Notes: generated from the letters alone by a model not told the origin. Positions 49,821 through 61,836 are shown, counted from the stretch's first letter. The stretch is DNA of 64,000 bases from Podarcis tiliguerta (GCA_965153285.1 OZ229113.1), one strand, 5' to 3'. Program-made: numbers and translations.

Positions 49821-51273
49821 ATCCAGCCTTTGCTTCCTAGGGCTGAGGAAACATTGCACCTAAAATTTCTCCACATTATTTCTGAGTGGTGAAATGGGGA
49901 TGGGAATGTTCCTGGAGATTCTGTGGAGAGTGAGGGGAAATTCTCCAAATGTTTTTCTCAGAAAATCCGCATCTCATAAATTTTGGCTCACTTATTGTTG
50001 AACAAAACTCTGCTCTTAGTTCATAGCCATAGATGAAGGAATGTATGGGCTAAGAGAGGACTGGAAAGAGTTGGGGCCAATACTGCAATATGATTAGGCA
50101 GCTTGAGGAGTTTCATGGCTGTGACAAAAATTCATGGATAGTGAAAGTGGGGAGGCCATTTTGCTGAACATTTTCCAGGGCCTACAATTCCCTAACAGTT
50201 CAAGAGCTGCTCAAAAAAGAAAAATTCCTCTCAAAATTGACAGGAATTTTTTCCCCTAGAGAAATTTAAGCTCAGTTGGATGTTCCCTGCTGGATTTCCC
50301 CTAACATTTTTTACTCAAGTCCTTCTTTCCCCTAATTGTCTTCTCTGACTCATTGCATGAGGAACCAGGCAGCAGTTCCATCATATCCTTTCTGCAGGAG
50401 TCTTTTTTAAAAATGCTATCTTCTTACAAAAGCAATGATAATGGGGGTTGCTTTCAAACCCACTCTTGAAAGGCCTATGTGATTTCCTTGAACTTTCTTA
50501 TTCATATGTGAGCTAAGGGAATTCAGGTTTTCTTTGACATCTTGCTGCCAAATACTTACTAAGTTTGTTGTTTGTTTGTTTGTTTGTCTGTCCCTAATTG
50601 TTTCAGAAACTGTTTAATTAGCACGGAAAATAATGTACATTTAATGTGTGGAAGGAATGTGTTTCAGAATGCCATTTAATATTTCAAACTGCAAGTGCTT
50701 TCAAGAAAGCCTTTCTTATGGCCTTCAATCTTTCAATCACCACCCATCTTCCAATGTCAGCAAATGGGATAGAAAAAGAACCTGACTGCTGCTTTGTTTT
50801 TCTCTTAGTAGAGGGCAAACAGTGATATTTCTATCCAGTGCATTCATCTCTGTGCAGCTGAAAATATACAGGGTTTTTATTGATTAGAACATACAGGTTG
50901 AACCAAGACGTTGAAACCTGAAAGAAAATCAAGTATAATGCTGCCTCTTCCTTCCAGTTTTAAGGTTGAAATTCCACTCTACACCTTCCAAACATCAAAG
51001 GACTCCTCCATCTCATCAACCTCTGAATCCAAATTAGGAATTTCAATGGGGGGGGGGGATGACTGACAGTGGAATAAGATTACATAAAATGGTGCTATTG
51101 TATTTGCCTTCAGAACTGCAGTGTCTTCCCAAGACTGATTACTCTGCAGGGCTCTATCCTGCTTGGAAAAAAATTGGCATGTTGTCCAAACTGTTTCAAC
51201 TTCCTTGAAATTCTCAAGTATTTCTCCTATGTGGAAACTGCAGATTTGATTCCCATGACACATCAGGCAAATA

Positions 51274-51496
51274 CAGTGATACCTCTGGTTAAGAACTTAA
51301 TTCATTCTGGAGGTCCGTTCTTAACCTGAAACTGTTCTTAACCTGAGGTACCACTTTAGCTAATGGGGCCTCTCGCTGCTGCTGCACCGCCGCGAGATTT
51401 CTGTTCTTATCCTGAGGTAAAGTTCTTAACCCGAGGTACTATTTCTAGGTTAGGAGAGTCTGTAACCTGAAGCGTCTGTAACCTGAGGTACCACTG
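51274..51496. mobile_element. Tc1/mariner MITE (24173 family, opposite orientation)
   Basis: TA TSD; CAGTGATACCTC / GAGGTACCACTG; interior is the reverse complement of 24173-24398. Confidence 0.92.
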
Positions 51497-52353
51497 TACT
51501 GTACACAGAATGCCTTCTTGAAATTCCCACACTATTTGTGGGCAGCCAGATTTGGGGCAGCCATTTCACCTAAGTTGTTAAGGGGGAAGACAAATCCTCC
51601 AGCAGTTTCTTAGCATTGGGGCTCACCATTAGCAACAGACAGCCTCTTCCCCCTCCCAAACAAGGCTTCTCTCTCTCTCTCTCTCTCTCTCTGTAGAGAG
51701 GGCTTCTGCTGTAAATGACAGCAGCAGCAACTGTTTTGGCGACTTGGCCACCACTTTGCATCCTAAAGCAATCTGTGATAACTAAGTTCTGCACCACACA
51801 TTCATCTGAGAAGTGAAAATCAGGACAGTTGCATCAGTATGGTTGAAAGGGAGCGCATCACGGGTGTTGGGAGAAAAAGATTCAAAACCATCCAAGCTAC
51901 CCAGCATGCTCCAAATCTCTCTCTTTCTCTCTCTCATCCCCTGCCCACTTCCCCACAGTGGATAGAGGAGTGCAAGAGTGACCCTCCCCTCTTAATTCTG
52001 CCCTATCGTTGAAAGCCAAACCAGGATTTGTATAAGATGGTTCAACCATATTTTGGATTGCAGCCAGTTTTGCAACACCTTAAACTCTAAAACATGTATT
52101 ATTGCATAAACTTCATTGAAAAAACTTGTTTTCTTATTATTCTTTAAAGTGCTACAAGATTATTTTGTTCGCTTGCTTTTGCTGTAACTGTAACAGATGA
52201 ACCTGGCTGCCCCCAGTGCTTTTTTTCTAGGGGTAATCAAGGGTACGCAGTGCCTGCAACTTTTTTTTTCTAGAAAAGAAGTACTGCCCACTACTATGTA
52301 TGGAAAAGCAGCATTTGAAAAATAAGTAGATGTTGCTGTTATCATCATCAGTA

Positions 52354-52592
52354 CAGTCATACCTCAGGTCACAGACGCTTCAGGTTGCACGTTTTTGGGT
52401 TGTGCACCACACCGAACCCCGAAGTACCAAAACAGGTTACTTCTGGGTTTTGACGCTTGCGCAGAAGCACTAAATAGTGCTTTGCGCATGTGCAGAAGCG
52501 CCGAATTGCAACCCGCTTGTGCGCAGACAAGGCGCTGCGGGTTGCGAACATGCCTCCCTTACGGATCACGTTTGCAACTCGAGCATCCACTG
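52354..52592. mobile_element. Tc1/mariner MITE (5757 family)
   Basis: TA flanks; CAGTCATACCTC / GAGCATCCACTG; shared interior with 5757-6015. Confidence 0.85.
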
Positions 52593-52720
52593 TATTTAAA
52601 AAAACAGCAACCACATGACTGCCTGATAATGAAGTAGTCCTTACGCTAGTCTGGCCTGTTCCAATGTTGTTTTACTTACTGGGTGCACCTGAGATATTTC
52701 TATCCTCTTATGAGTTTTTA

Positions 52721-53819
52721 TTTTTTAAAAAAATATTTTTTATTAACCGGCCAATCAAATCAAATCAAATCACATCACATCACATAAATTCCGAATTACA
52801 AAGCCGAATTTTAAATTTTGTTGGGGGGACCCATATTTCAAGATCCAAAGGGGGATTCTGATCATCTTCTTGCTACTGCGTTAATGTCCAAATCAGTCCA
52901 AACAAAGTTCATAATTCTATCCAGTCTTATCTTGCTGTTTCCACATCACATCTTGTTCATATATTTTCTCTTTTTTCTTTATGATCTCTTCTGATAGCCT
53001 CCTTAAGCCGATAAACACCAATAATAATCCTGTGTGAATTTTTCCGTTCTTCTAATCTTCAAATCGAGATGGTTTCCATATATCATCGCCTTCATAGATA
53101 ACATTGCTCTTTCCATCATTAATTACAGAACTGTCGTTCTTAAGTCCCTCTATTTCTCTATTTCTCCTCCCAGACTTAAGTCTTCCGACAGAACTTTCCA
53201 ATATGGCGACGGTATTTTTAACTGCGTCATTCCAAAGCCCTTATACATTCCACGCTCTTCTTAAAACATGCTTTGGTTCGGAAGTTTATCTCCACACAGC
53301 CTTAAATCCACAGCTTAAGTCCTTAAAATGACATTTCTGACTCGTGAGGGGAGGGGATTCTTGTTTAATCACACAAAGGAAAGAAAGGAAAGCTTTCCCC
53401 CCCTCCCCCATCAGTCCCTTTGCCATACCGAGTCTTGGCGTATCTTCTCATAATTTATACTTGTTCCTTGTTTTATCAGAGATCTCTTCTGTTAGCAGTC
53501 TTTACTCCCCCTCCTTCCTTGAAATATGTGCATTCGCTTCATCCAAATTGTTTCTTTTGAAGTTCTTGCAGCTAGTGGCGCGGATCAGGGACGGCGTCCA
53601 GGAGCGCCGAAATCCCACAGGAGGGCCTTGTGCCTAGTGCCCCCATCCCCACAAATTCGGGGGTGGTATAGGGCACAGCAAGCAAGGGCAGTCCCCACCC
53701 CCACAATCCTGGGGGGGGGGTAGGGAGGCTATTTACTCCCATCACAGCCTCTAAATTACCTCGTGTGGGTCGGAGAGATGTTATTGTCAGCCATCTTCTG
53801 ATGCGCCCCTAGTGGCCCC
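52721..53819 (-). mobile_element. Non-autonomous L1-like retroelement, ~1.1 kb, apparently complete
   Basis: 18-bp TSD TCCTCTTATGAGTTTTTA (52703-52720, 53820-53837). Minus-strand 5' end has the YY1-like AAGATGGC and a GC-rich leader; 3' end has AATAAA and an A-rich tail. Confidence 0.8.
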
Positions 53820-56089
53820 TCCTCTTATGAGTTTTTAGGGTCAGAATCAGGAATGTCTGTTCTTACTGTAATTTTATATACACTGTGATATAAAGAACTT
53901 CATCATATATGTAAAAAGAGAGTTAGATTAGGGAGTTTTGAGGTACATATAATTTATAGGAGCCCTTAAAAAAAAAAAAACTCTTACTGTTATTGCAGGC
54001 CAAATGTCATGCTGTTTTATAGCTGGAAAGAAATACTGAGCTAAAATAACAAGAAATAAAAGTCTAAGTGTATAGAGACTGACCCCAGCTCATAATAATA
54101 GGAATTTCTAAATTTAACTCTATAATGGTCCCTTAACAATGATGTCCAACAGATCGTTTTAGTGTATTCATCACTGATTGCGTATGATTAGGTCTAAATC
54201 ATTTTGAGGCTCTGGAAGTTGATGATTAATCCATTAATTCAGCCAGTGAATGGATAATCATCAGTTTAAATTTGGCAATTAAAATTTCACAACTTCACTT
54301 TTAGATTAGTCTGTCTCTTAAGGGTGACATTGTTGGCATAAGACAAAGAGCTATTAGAAGGGGGCACAAGTTTGGGATTAAAAAATATTATTATTATTAT
54401 TTTAAAGATATGTATAATCACACTATTGTGAACAGTAGGCAGCGGGAAATATCTGTAAACCATAACTAGCATCTTCATTTTTTATATATAACATGGAGCT
54501 TGTATAAAACATAAATTACTGCTTAAAATCCATAGAAAGTATCTCCTGTTTTCCCAAATTGCATTTCCAAACGTTTTTCTCAACTGTTTGTTTCTTTGTA
54601 GTCATCTGGAAAACAGGTTTCATCAAGTTAAAATTAGTTTAGTTCATGGTTTCTGAGGTTTTAAGTATGCTATCCATTGTTGTTTTTTCAAGGTAAATAT
54701 ATATGAGAACAGTGTAATAGGAAATGCTGACTCACTGCTTATGGGAAAATTTCAATGTGATTTTTTTAAAAGTAGCAGGTCTGGCTGATGCTTAACTTGC
54801 CAACTTATTGCAGTTGAAACAGCTTGACCTATGAAGCTCTTTGAGGACCTAAATATTGGGTGGTATTCAACTAACATTTATGCAGAGTAGTTGCATTGAA
54901 ATCAATGGACCTAACATAGCGGGCAATCCTATGGCAAGATCCACTGGGGTGAGCAGTTTAGGATTCAGGAGATCTCCAGTTGAGCCAGCTGTTATCTGAT
55001 AAATGTAGCAATAAATCCAGGTTTGCCCCATCTTGTACATTCATGGTTTCCTTTACAAATCTTATTTAAAAACCGCCCAATCCTTTTGGTTTAGGTATGA
55101 ATGTGCCTTTGGTTCTCATTCTAATCACATTTCATTGGAAGCAATTCCCATTAAAATCTATGAGATTATTTTTTTGGCATTTGTTTGCCTTCATTGGCAG
55201 TAGGTGCAAATGAAGTCATTCACACAAGTGTTCGCCTCAAATTAATTACCAGATGCTTTGCGTGTAATTTAAACTGAAGCTTGGTAGCTACCCTATGGTT
55301 GCTAAGAACCTGCAGTGCACTTCATCCACTGATCACTGTGACCAAATCAAAAATATGAAGGGTGAGGAATAAAGATAGTCAGAGAACATCAAAGGGGTTC
55401 TTAAGGCATGTTTCACGGTTGGAAATAGAGAGAGTTCAACCAGAAGATCCATGGTTCTCTGCACATCAGGACTGAAAATGTGAAGATAAAAGAGTGTTCA
55501 TCAGGACAGCAGTAGGAAATTGTTAGTTTTCAAAGTGGGAAAATATGTGTACTAATATAGAAGTTTTTGCAAGTAACTTTTTAAAGGTATGAGTAGTCCT
55601 GTTCTAGTCAGTGGAACTATTCATAATCATAAAGCCACTGAGGTGCACAGGTGTTTGAGGGAATTAGAGATGCTGATGAACTCAGTGAAGGTAGCACTGC
55701 CTTCCTTGACATTGATGTAATGTCATCCATTCAGCAGGACTGGATTTTAGCTCCCTTGAAGCATTTTAAAATAGAAAATAGCTGAAGTATATCCAATGTC
55801 TCAATAAAACTCTTGAAATGCAATTTTGGCTGGAAAGAAAGAGACAATCCTTTTTTTTTTAAGAAAAGAGAGTTGAAAGTGATACGACTAAAGCATTGTT
55901 GCCCTTGGTTTAGTCACACATTCCTTTGTCTCAGTCATCTTTGGTAAAACAGGTTTAGCAGGTTTTTAAAATTATTCACTGAAGGGAACTGTGCATGTAG
56001 AACACTATGTTTATTGCCCTCATTACACTCTATTTTGGATCTTGTCTTTGTGACAATTTTCCTGCCCTTTTCCTAATCTTACTTTCACT

Positions 56090-56237
56090 ACATTTCTGTG
56101 AGATAGACTAGTTTGAGAAGGAGTGGCTTGCCCACAGCCACACAGCCAGTTTTATTAGCTAAGTGGGGATCTGAATTTGAACTTGGGCCTGTCCAGTCCT
56201 TGTCTAGCACTCTTAAATAGTATATTACATTGGCACT
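56090..56237 (-). mobile_element. Old MIR/CORE-like SINE fragment
   Basis: CTGTGAG...GTGGCTTGCCCACAGCCACACAGC...TTTGAACTTGGG...CTCTTAA, diverged from the 7349 element. Confidence 0.55.
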
Positions 56238-56648
56238 TGCCAGAGTCAACTTAAGTGAAGTTGCTGCCTAGTGAGCCTACAATAAGAACTGTGGCTGGTG
56301 TGAGGCAAGGAAGACCAGAACATTCTGTGTCCATTTTTTGATCTTGGTATTGCAGTCTGGGAATTTCCTGGGGGGTGCTACTTGCATAGGTCAGGTGTCA
56401 AGTTCATTTCTTGAAGTTTGAACAACTACAATACAACTACTATGTAGAGTCCATCTTTCTTTCTTCTTTTCCTTTTCCTTTTCAGAGTACCCAACATAGT
56501 TGGGGGGGGGGTTATGTTGTGGTCTCTAAAGGCCAAGGAAAATCACCTGGCTGGACCAGGGATTAACCAACCTGCCTTAAAGAATGATTCTGAGATATGG
56601 GGGAACAGAATAATATGCTTATCTTATGGGCCTAGAAAGTGTTGGATC

Positions 56649-57320
56649 CCTAGACAGCATCTTAAAATGCAGAGACATCACCTTGCCAACAAAAGTCCGT
56701 ATAGTTAAAGCTGTGGTTTTCCCATTAGTGATGTATGAAAGTGAGAGCTGGACCATAAAGAGGGCTGATCGCCAAAGAATGGATGCTTTTGAATTATGGT
56801 GCTGGAGGAGACTCTTGAGACCCATGGACTGCAAGTAGATCAAACGTATCCATTCTTAAGGAAATCAGCCCTGAGTGCTCACTGGAGCACTCCTGAAGCT
56901 CCTGAAGCTGAGGCTCCAATACTTTGGCCACCTCATGAGAAGAGAAGACTCCCTGGAAAAGATCCTGATGTTGTGAAAGATTGAGGGCACAAGGAGAAGG
57001 GGACGACAGAGGACGAGATGGTTGGACAGTGTTCTCGAAGCTACAAACATGAGTCTGACCAAACTGCGGGATGCAGTGGAAGACAGGAGTGCCTGGCGTG
57101 CTCTGGTCCAGGGGGTCACAAAGAGTCAGACACGACTAAACGACTAAACAACAACAAGTCACACTTGGGAAGAAGTACTTATGCACAAGTGAGTGCTCAG
57201 GACCTGCTGGTTTCATGGCTAGCAACCATAATGTTAACGCACCCACAAAGGAAGTGGGCATCACCTTGAATTTAACCACATCATCTGACATAAGCACCCA
57301 CGACATGACTAAACAACAAC
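56649..57320 (+). mobile_element. BovB 3' fragment (56649-57157) plus ~145 bp foreign sequence plus a second BovB tail, all inside one TSD
   Basis: Peptide LDSILKCRDITLPTKVRIVKAVVFP...DAFELWCWRRLLR; 15-bp TSD AGAAAGTGTTGGATC at 56634-56648 and 57321-57335. Confidence 0.92.
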
Positions 57321-57409
57321 AGAAAGTGTTGGATCTCTTCCTCCATGGGTGCAGAGAGAGATCCGATGTTGGATTTCTGCTGCTGTGACAACTTCAGCAG
57401 CTCTTGTCC

Positions 57410-57463
57410 TACTGATGTAGTACTGATGTAGTACTGATGTAGTACTGATGTAGTACTGATGTA
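57410..57463. repeat. 11-bp minisatellite (TACTGATGTAG) x4.9
   Basis: Directly visible, perfect copies. Confidence 0.96.
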
Positions 57464-57659
57464 CTGCAGGAAGTTGGCTTTAACAAATTGATATACTTTC
57501 AATATATGTGAAATAACATGGAAATTACACAACAGGTGATAGTTGCTTTTTAGAACATCTTAGGACAAATGAATGTCTAAGCAACATATGCAACAAAGTC
57601 TATCATACTTATTTTATAATTTAAGAAAATAGCAAAGATCACTTAGTCTATCCCAGATG

Positions 57660-57793
57660 CAGTGCTTTTTTTCTAGAAAAATAGGTGTTGGTACTCACCA
57701 TGAAATTGCTACAGCAAGCACCACCCTTTTTAACAGCAACAAAAAAAGGTGCAGGTATTGCATACCTATGGGTACCTGCTGAAAAAAGCACTG
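57660..57793. mobile_element. hAT MITE (CAGTGCTTTTTT family)
   Basis: TSD CCCAGATG on both sides; TIR CAGTGCTTTTTT / AAAAAAGCACTG. Confidence 0.92.
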
Positions 57794-58037
57794 CCCAGAT
57801 GTAAGGTGATCAGTTCTATCCTGTTGATCAGCTTAAAGCTGCAGTCATCCACAGCAGCATTCAGGGCAAATGCAATTGAGACGTGCAAGGTGTTCACACT
57901 GTGGCAGTCCAGAGGTGCAAAGTGGTAGTGATTCAAATACTTGTGTAGTGTGGAAGGTATGGTTAGGCAACAACTGGACTATAGTAGTTTCTGCAGACAC
58001 TGACACCTGCATGTCTATTACCCAAAAGCTTCTAGAT

Positions 58038-58345
58038 CAGGTCCACCGTCCCTCAGACCATGTGGTGGGACGGACTATATTTTGAAGGGAAAAAAATGAA
58101 CGAATTCCTATGCCCCACAAATAACCCAGAGATGCATTTTAAATAAAAGCACACATTCTACTCATGTAAAAGCACGCTGATTCCTGGACCGTTCGTGGGC
58201 CGGATTGAGAAGGTGATTGGGCTGCATCCGGCCCCCGGGCCTTAGGTTGCCACCGCTTTCTTCTTCTTTGGTGATCACTCGTAGCCGAGTATGTTTGTCT
58301 TCCATATACACGGTTTTAACAAGGAGTCTGTAAGTGACTGCCCTG
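58038..58345. mobile_element. hAT MITE (36547 family) with an RTE tail inserted in its right TIR
   Basis: Interior is nearly identical to 36580-36790; flanks TTCTAGAT / TTTTAGAG; RTE tail at 58257-58340 (minus) matches ~30349-30411. Confidence 0.82.
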
Positions 58346-59418
58346 TTTTAGAGAGTGAACAGGGATCCACCATTCTGCCCCCTTAACTTTTCCAGTCTGT
58401 TAAGGAAGAATGGCACCACTTCCATCTGCAGCACTCAGAAATATTCAGTACGTCTGTTGGATGACCAAATAGTTCTCAGTGTTTAGTCTAGATTGTTCTG
58501 CATTTCTCTCAGCAAAAAGCATAAGCAAACTCAATAAATTTCTATTCATTTTATCTCCCTAGCAGCTGGCTAAAACATCTCAACTAAATAACAGAAAATA
58601 TGTGTTAATAAAGTGGATATTAATCCAATGCTGTGGGTGCTCTGCTTTTATTAGCAAATATGTCAAATGCAGAAGGTTCATTTCAATCCCTTGCATAAAT
58701 TTTTTAAAAATTTATTTGGAAAAGATGGGGAATGCGACAAAAATGCTAATTTGGAAAAGACAGAATTAGTTGTGGTAATGTTCTCCTCAGCAGTAGCTTC
58801 AGCAGTTAAAAAGATGGATGAGGTCCATGCCGTGAAATAGAAGGTATGGATTTACAAAGATGTGCTGGTATCTGTTCTTTTTGAGCTATAAAGTCTGTCT
58901 AAATAACCATATTCTCCCGGGGAGAGAATCTGCTGCTTTGGCTGCCTGTGTGTTGTATTTGGACCATCTCCATTTCCAAATGTTGACGTTTCGTCTGTGA
59001 CCGAAGAATAAAATCTGTGGGAGAGATGTGTAAAACTGTAATCCCCATTTATTTGCTAACAAAAGGTTTTGCAGAATCCTGCTTGGTTTCTCCTCCGCCA
59101 CTTTTTTCAAGGTGACTGCCTGCATCTAGAACATGACACTGATATTCCGCCCGTGAACTAAACTTCTTTTTATAGCGGTATTTTTAATTTGGAGTATGGA
59201 AAAGGTACTAGTGGATTTGGCCTCAGCCTTTGCCTCACATTCATATTAATCAGGCATATTAACATAGGATGGGACCTAGAATAAATATTAATAATAACAA
59301 TGAAGTTGAAAAAGAGATGGCAGGATTAGACTCAGAGGCCTCCGCTCCCTGAGTTCTGCTGAGTCAAGCTGCCACAACTTGTGACCCTCCAAGTTGCATT
59401 AAGCCCACCAGTCATTTA

Positions 59419-59783
59419 CAGTGGTGCCTCGCAAGACGAAAAGAATCCGTTCCGGGAGTCTTTTCGTCTTGCGGTTTTTTCGTCTTGCGAAGCAAGCCCA
59501 TTGACGGAGTAGCGCTATTAGCGCTATTGGCTAAAAAAGGGCTAAAAACGGCTTTTTAAAGGGGGGGATTAGCGGTTTTGCTGCTAAAATGCTTTTAGCA
59601 GCTTAGCGATTCAGAATAAGGGGTTTTGGAGCAAAAAAAAAATTCGATTTTTTCCGTCATTTTTCGTCTTGCGAAGCAAGCCCATAGGGAAATTCGTCTT
59701 GCGAAGCGCCTCTGCAGACGGAAAACCCTTTCGTCTTGCGGGTTTTCCGTCTTGCGAGGCATTCGTCTTGCGGGGCACCACTG
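59419..59783. mobile_element. Tc1/mariner MITE with TTCGTCTTGCG subterminal repeats
   Basis: TA TSD; TIR CAGTGGTGCCTCGCAAGACGAA / TTCGTCTTGCGGGGCACCACTG. Confidence 0.94.
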
Positions 59784-60230
59784 TACTAGGAATTACCCCA
59801 ATGGTTTTCTGCAGATCTTGGGCTTTCCTAGACCTTGGCCAACATAAATGCCTCACCCTGGCTCAGCTGGTAGAACTTAAACCAATGGAATTAAAGGCAG
59901 CATAAGTCCCGAAAAGGAGGCCTGGTGGGGGCAGGGCAGGGATAAACTGCCACATATTCTAATCTCCATTCATCTTGGCCACGTGACCTAGGGCCCAATC
60001 CTCAAAGCACAGGTCGACACTCATCTGCCAGCTCAGCTGGCAGCCACCCCTCCCAAAGGCTTCCAAACAGAGTTTGGAATACAGGCAACTCTCAACTTAA
60101 GCTGGGCTTACATTCTGCGGCTAGCATGAAAAGCCAAAAACGTGTTTAGTCAAAACACACTGGGTTCAATGGCAGGTGGGATTGTCGAAGTCTTTTTTCC
60201 CTCGGATGCCCGTCCATATATATATGTATA

Positions 60231-60597
60231 CAGTGGTACCCCGCAAGATGAATGCCTCGCAAGACGGAAAACCCGCTAGACGAAAGGGTTTTCCGTTTTT
60301 CAATGCGCTTCGCCGGACGAATTTCCCTATGGGCTTGCTTCGCAAGACGAAAATGTCTTGCGAGTCTTGAGATTTTTTTTCCGCTCCCTACCCCCTTTTT
60401 CTAAGCCACTAAACCACTAATAGCCTTTTAGCAGCTAATCCGCTAATCCCTTAAGCCTTTAATAGCCGCTAATAGCTGCTAAACCGCTAATAGCGCTAAT
60501 CCGCTAAGCCGCTAATAGGGTTGCTTCGCAAGACGAAAAAACCGCTAGACGAAGAGACTCGCGGAACGAATTAATTTCGTCTTGCGAGGCACCACTG
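60231..60597. mobile_element. Tc1/mariner MITE, same family and inverted, inserted in a (TA)n tract inside an older Tigger-like element (~60082-60655)
   Basis: TIR CAGTGGTACCCCGCAAGA / TCTTGCGAGGCACCACTG with (TA)n flanks. The host element begins TACAGGCAACTCTCAACTTA, similar to ~23255. Confidence 0.92.
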
Positions 60598-60737
60598 TAT
60601 ATATATATATATATCTCCAAGCACGTAAAGCTGAATGTGTAAAGCTGAATCCAGTCATTTGAACCCTGGCCAAGCCAGCTGGGGCAAGTAGGCGGGGCTT
60701 GAGAGTGGAGGGGAGGGGAGCAGGCTTCACTCTAGTC

Positions 60738-60976
60738 CAGGGGTTGGCAAGGTTTACCTCGCCTGGGCTGCTTCACTCCCACGGTGATTGTTCTGTGGGC
60801 CGGATCGCATCTGTGCAGATGCGATTTTCGGCATCTGCGCATGTGCGATTTCCAGGGCAGCAGAAGCACGTGGCTGCTCATCAAGTGGGTGGCTCGATTT
60901 GGGGGTGGCTCGTGGGCCATTTAAACGACCCCTGTGGACCACTTGTGGGACACGGGCCGCAGGCTGCAGACCCCTG
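60738..60976. mobile_element. hAT-Charlie-like MITE (45140 family)
   Basis: TSD CTCTAGTC on both sides; termini CAGGGGT / ACCCCTG. Confidence 0.92.
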
Positions 60977-60984
60977 CTCTAGTC

Positions 60985-61605
60985 CGCCCTGAGCCTATAA
61001 AAGCTGGCTGTGCCTAACAGCAGTCGGCCAAAGAACATCCTTCCCACCCTATTTAGTTATGCTATGATTATATCTTCCAACCTTTTCCTTCCTAGGTTTA
61101 TGTGCTATTGGCTTTGCTGTGGTTCTATATTGGTTCCCATATTTGGAGCTGGGAAGGAATATGCCTGCAAACAGATTGGCCCTGTCTGAGGTTTTGCCTT
61201 CCCCATATCAATAGTCACAACTTTGGCAAATATAGGCAATGGGGCTGGAATCCTTAGTCTAACATCTCATGGGGGTGAAGTGGTGCCTAACCCCCACCTC
61301 AGAGCAAGGTACCCTATTAGAGGGGTCTAGTTGGAGGTCTGTGTCCCAAACCCAAGGCATGCAGCAGATGGGCTTAGGAGGGCCCTCCATGTAGACCTGC
61401 ATCTCGCAAAGAACCCATGTCATGCTTCAGCCATCCACCCGGGGGTCTCAAAGGGATTTACACCCAAAGCCTGAGCCCAATCCAACCAAGATCTGGACTC
61501 AATAAAGTTGTGGCCAATTTTTAAATCCCAGCACTAGTTTGCTAACCTTTTCAGACTAGGCGTTGCTTCAGGTCACTGCTAGTGAGTCCCCAATATCCAC
61601 CATCA
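60985..61605 (+). mobile_element. Putative Ngaro/DIRS-like or LTR-type remnant, copy B
   Basis: CCTATAAAA, TTCCCACCCT, GGAAGGAAT...ATTGGC...GGTTTTGCCT (61151-61202), GTCACAACTT and AATAAAGTTGTGGCCAA (61501-61517). Confidence 0.5.
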
Positions 61606-61836
61606 CACCACTTCCACTTTTAATTTGAATATCACCTTCCTATATCGCTGAACACAAGATGACTTAGAAGCTAAAGGAACAACAAAGTATACAGTTATGT
61701 TCACATATCTTATAACAATCTAATCCAATACAAATAGGTCATAATAATAAAAAATGACTTTTGCTACCTTCCGGTCACAGCTGTATGGACTTATACGGCT
61801 GTTTGTATCCAGGATGTGCTTCCTCATACCTAGCAG

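Noticed and set aside
53800-53818. CTCF site GGCCACTAGGGGCGC at the 5' end of the L1-like element
   Set aside because: One G short of the consensus spacing, which misaligns the GGC core.
58975-59015. Penelope-type hammerhead ribozyme suggested by GACGTTTCG
   Set aside because: No matching CTGANGA core at the right distance on the minus strand.
59419-60597. CRISPR-like or telomere-like repeat arrays
   Set aside because: The repeats are irregular subterminal motifs inside TIR/TA-bounded MITEs in a vertebrate genome; no spacer periodicity and no TTAGGG array.
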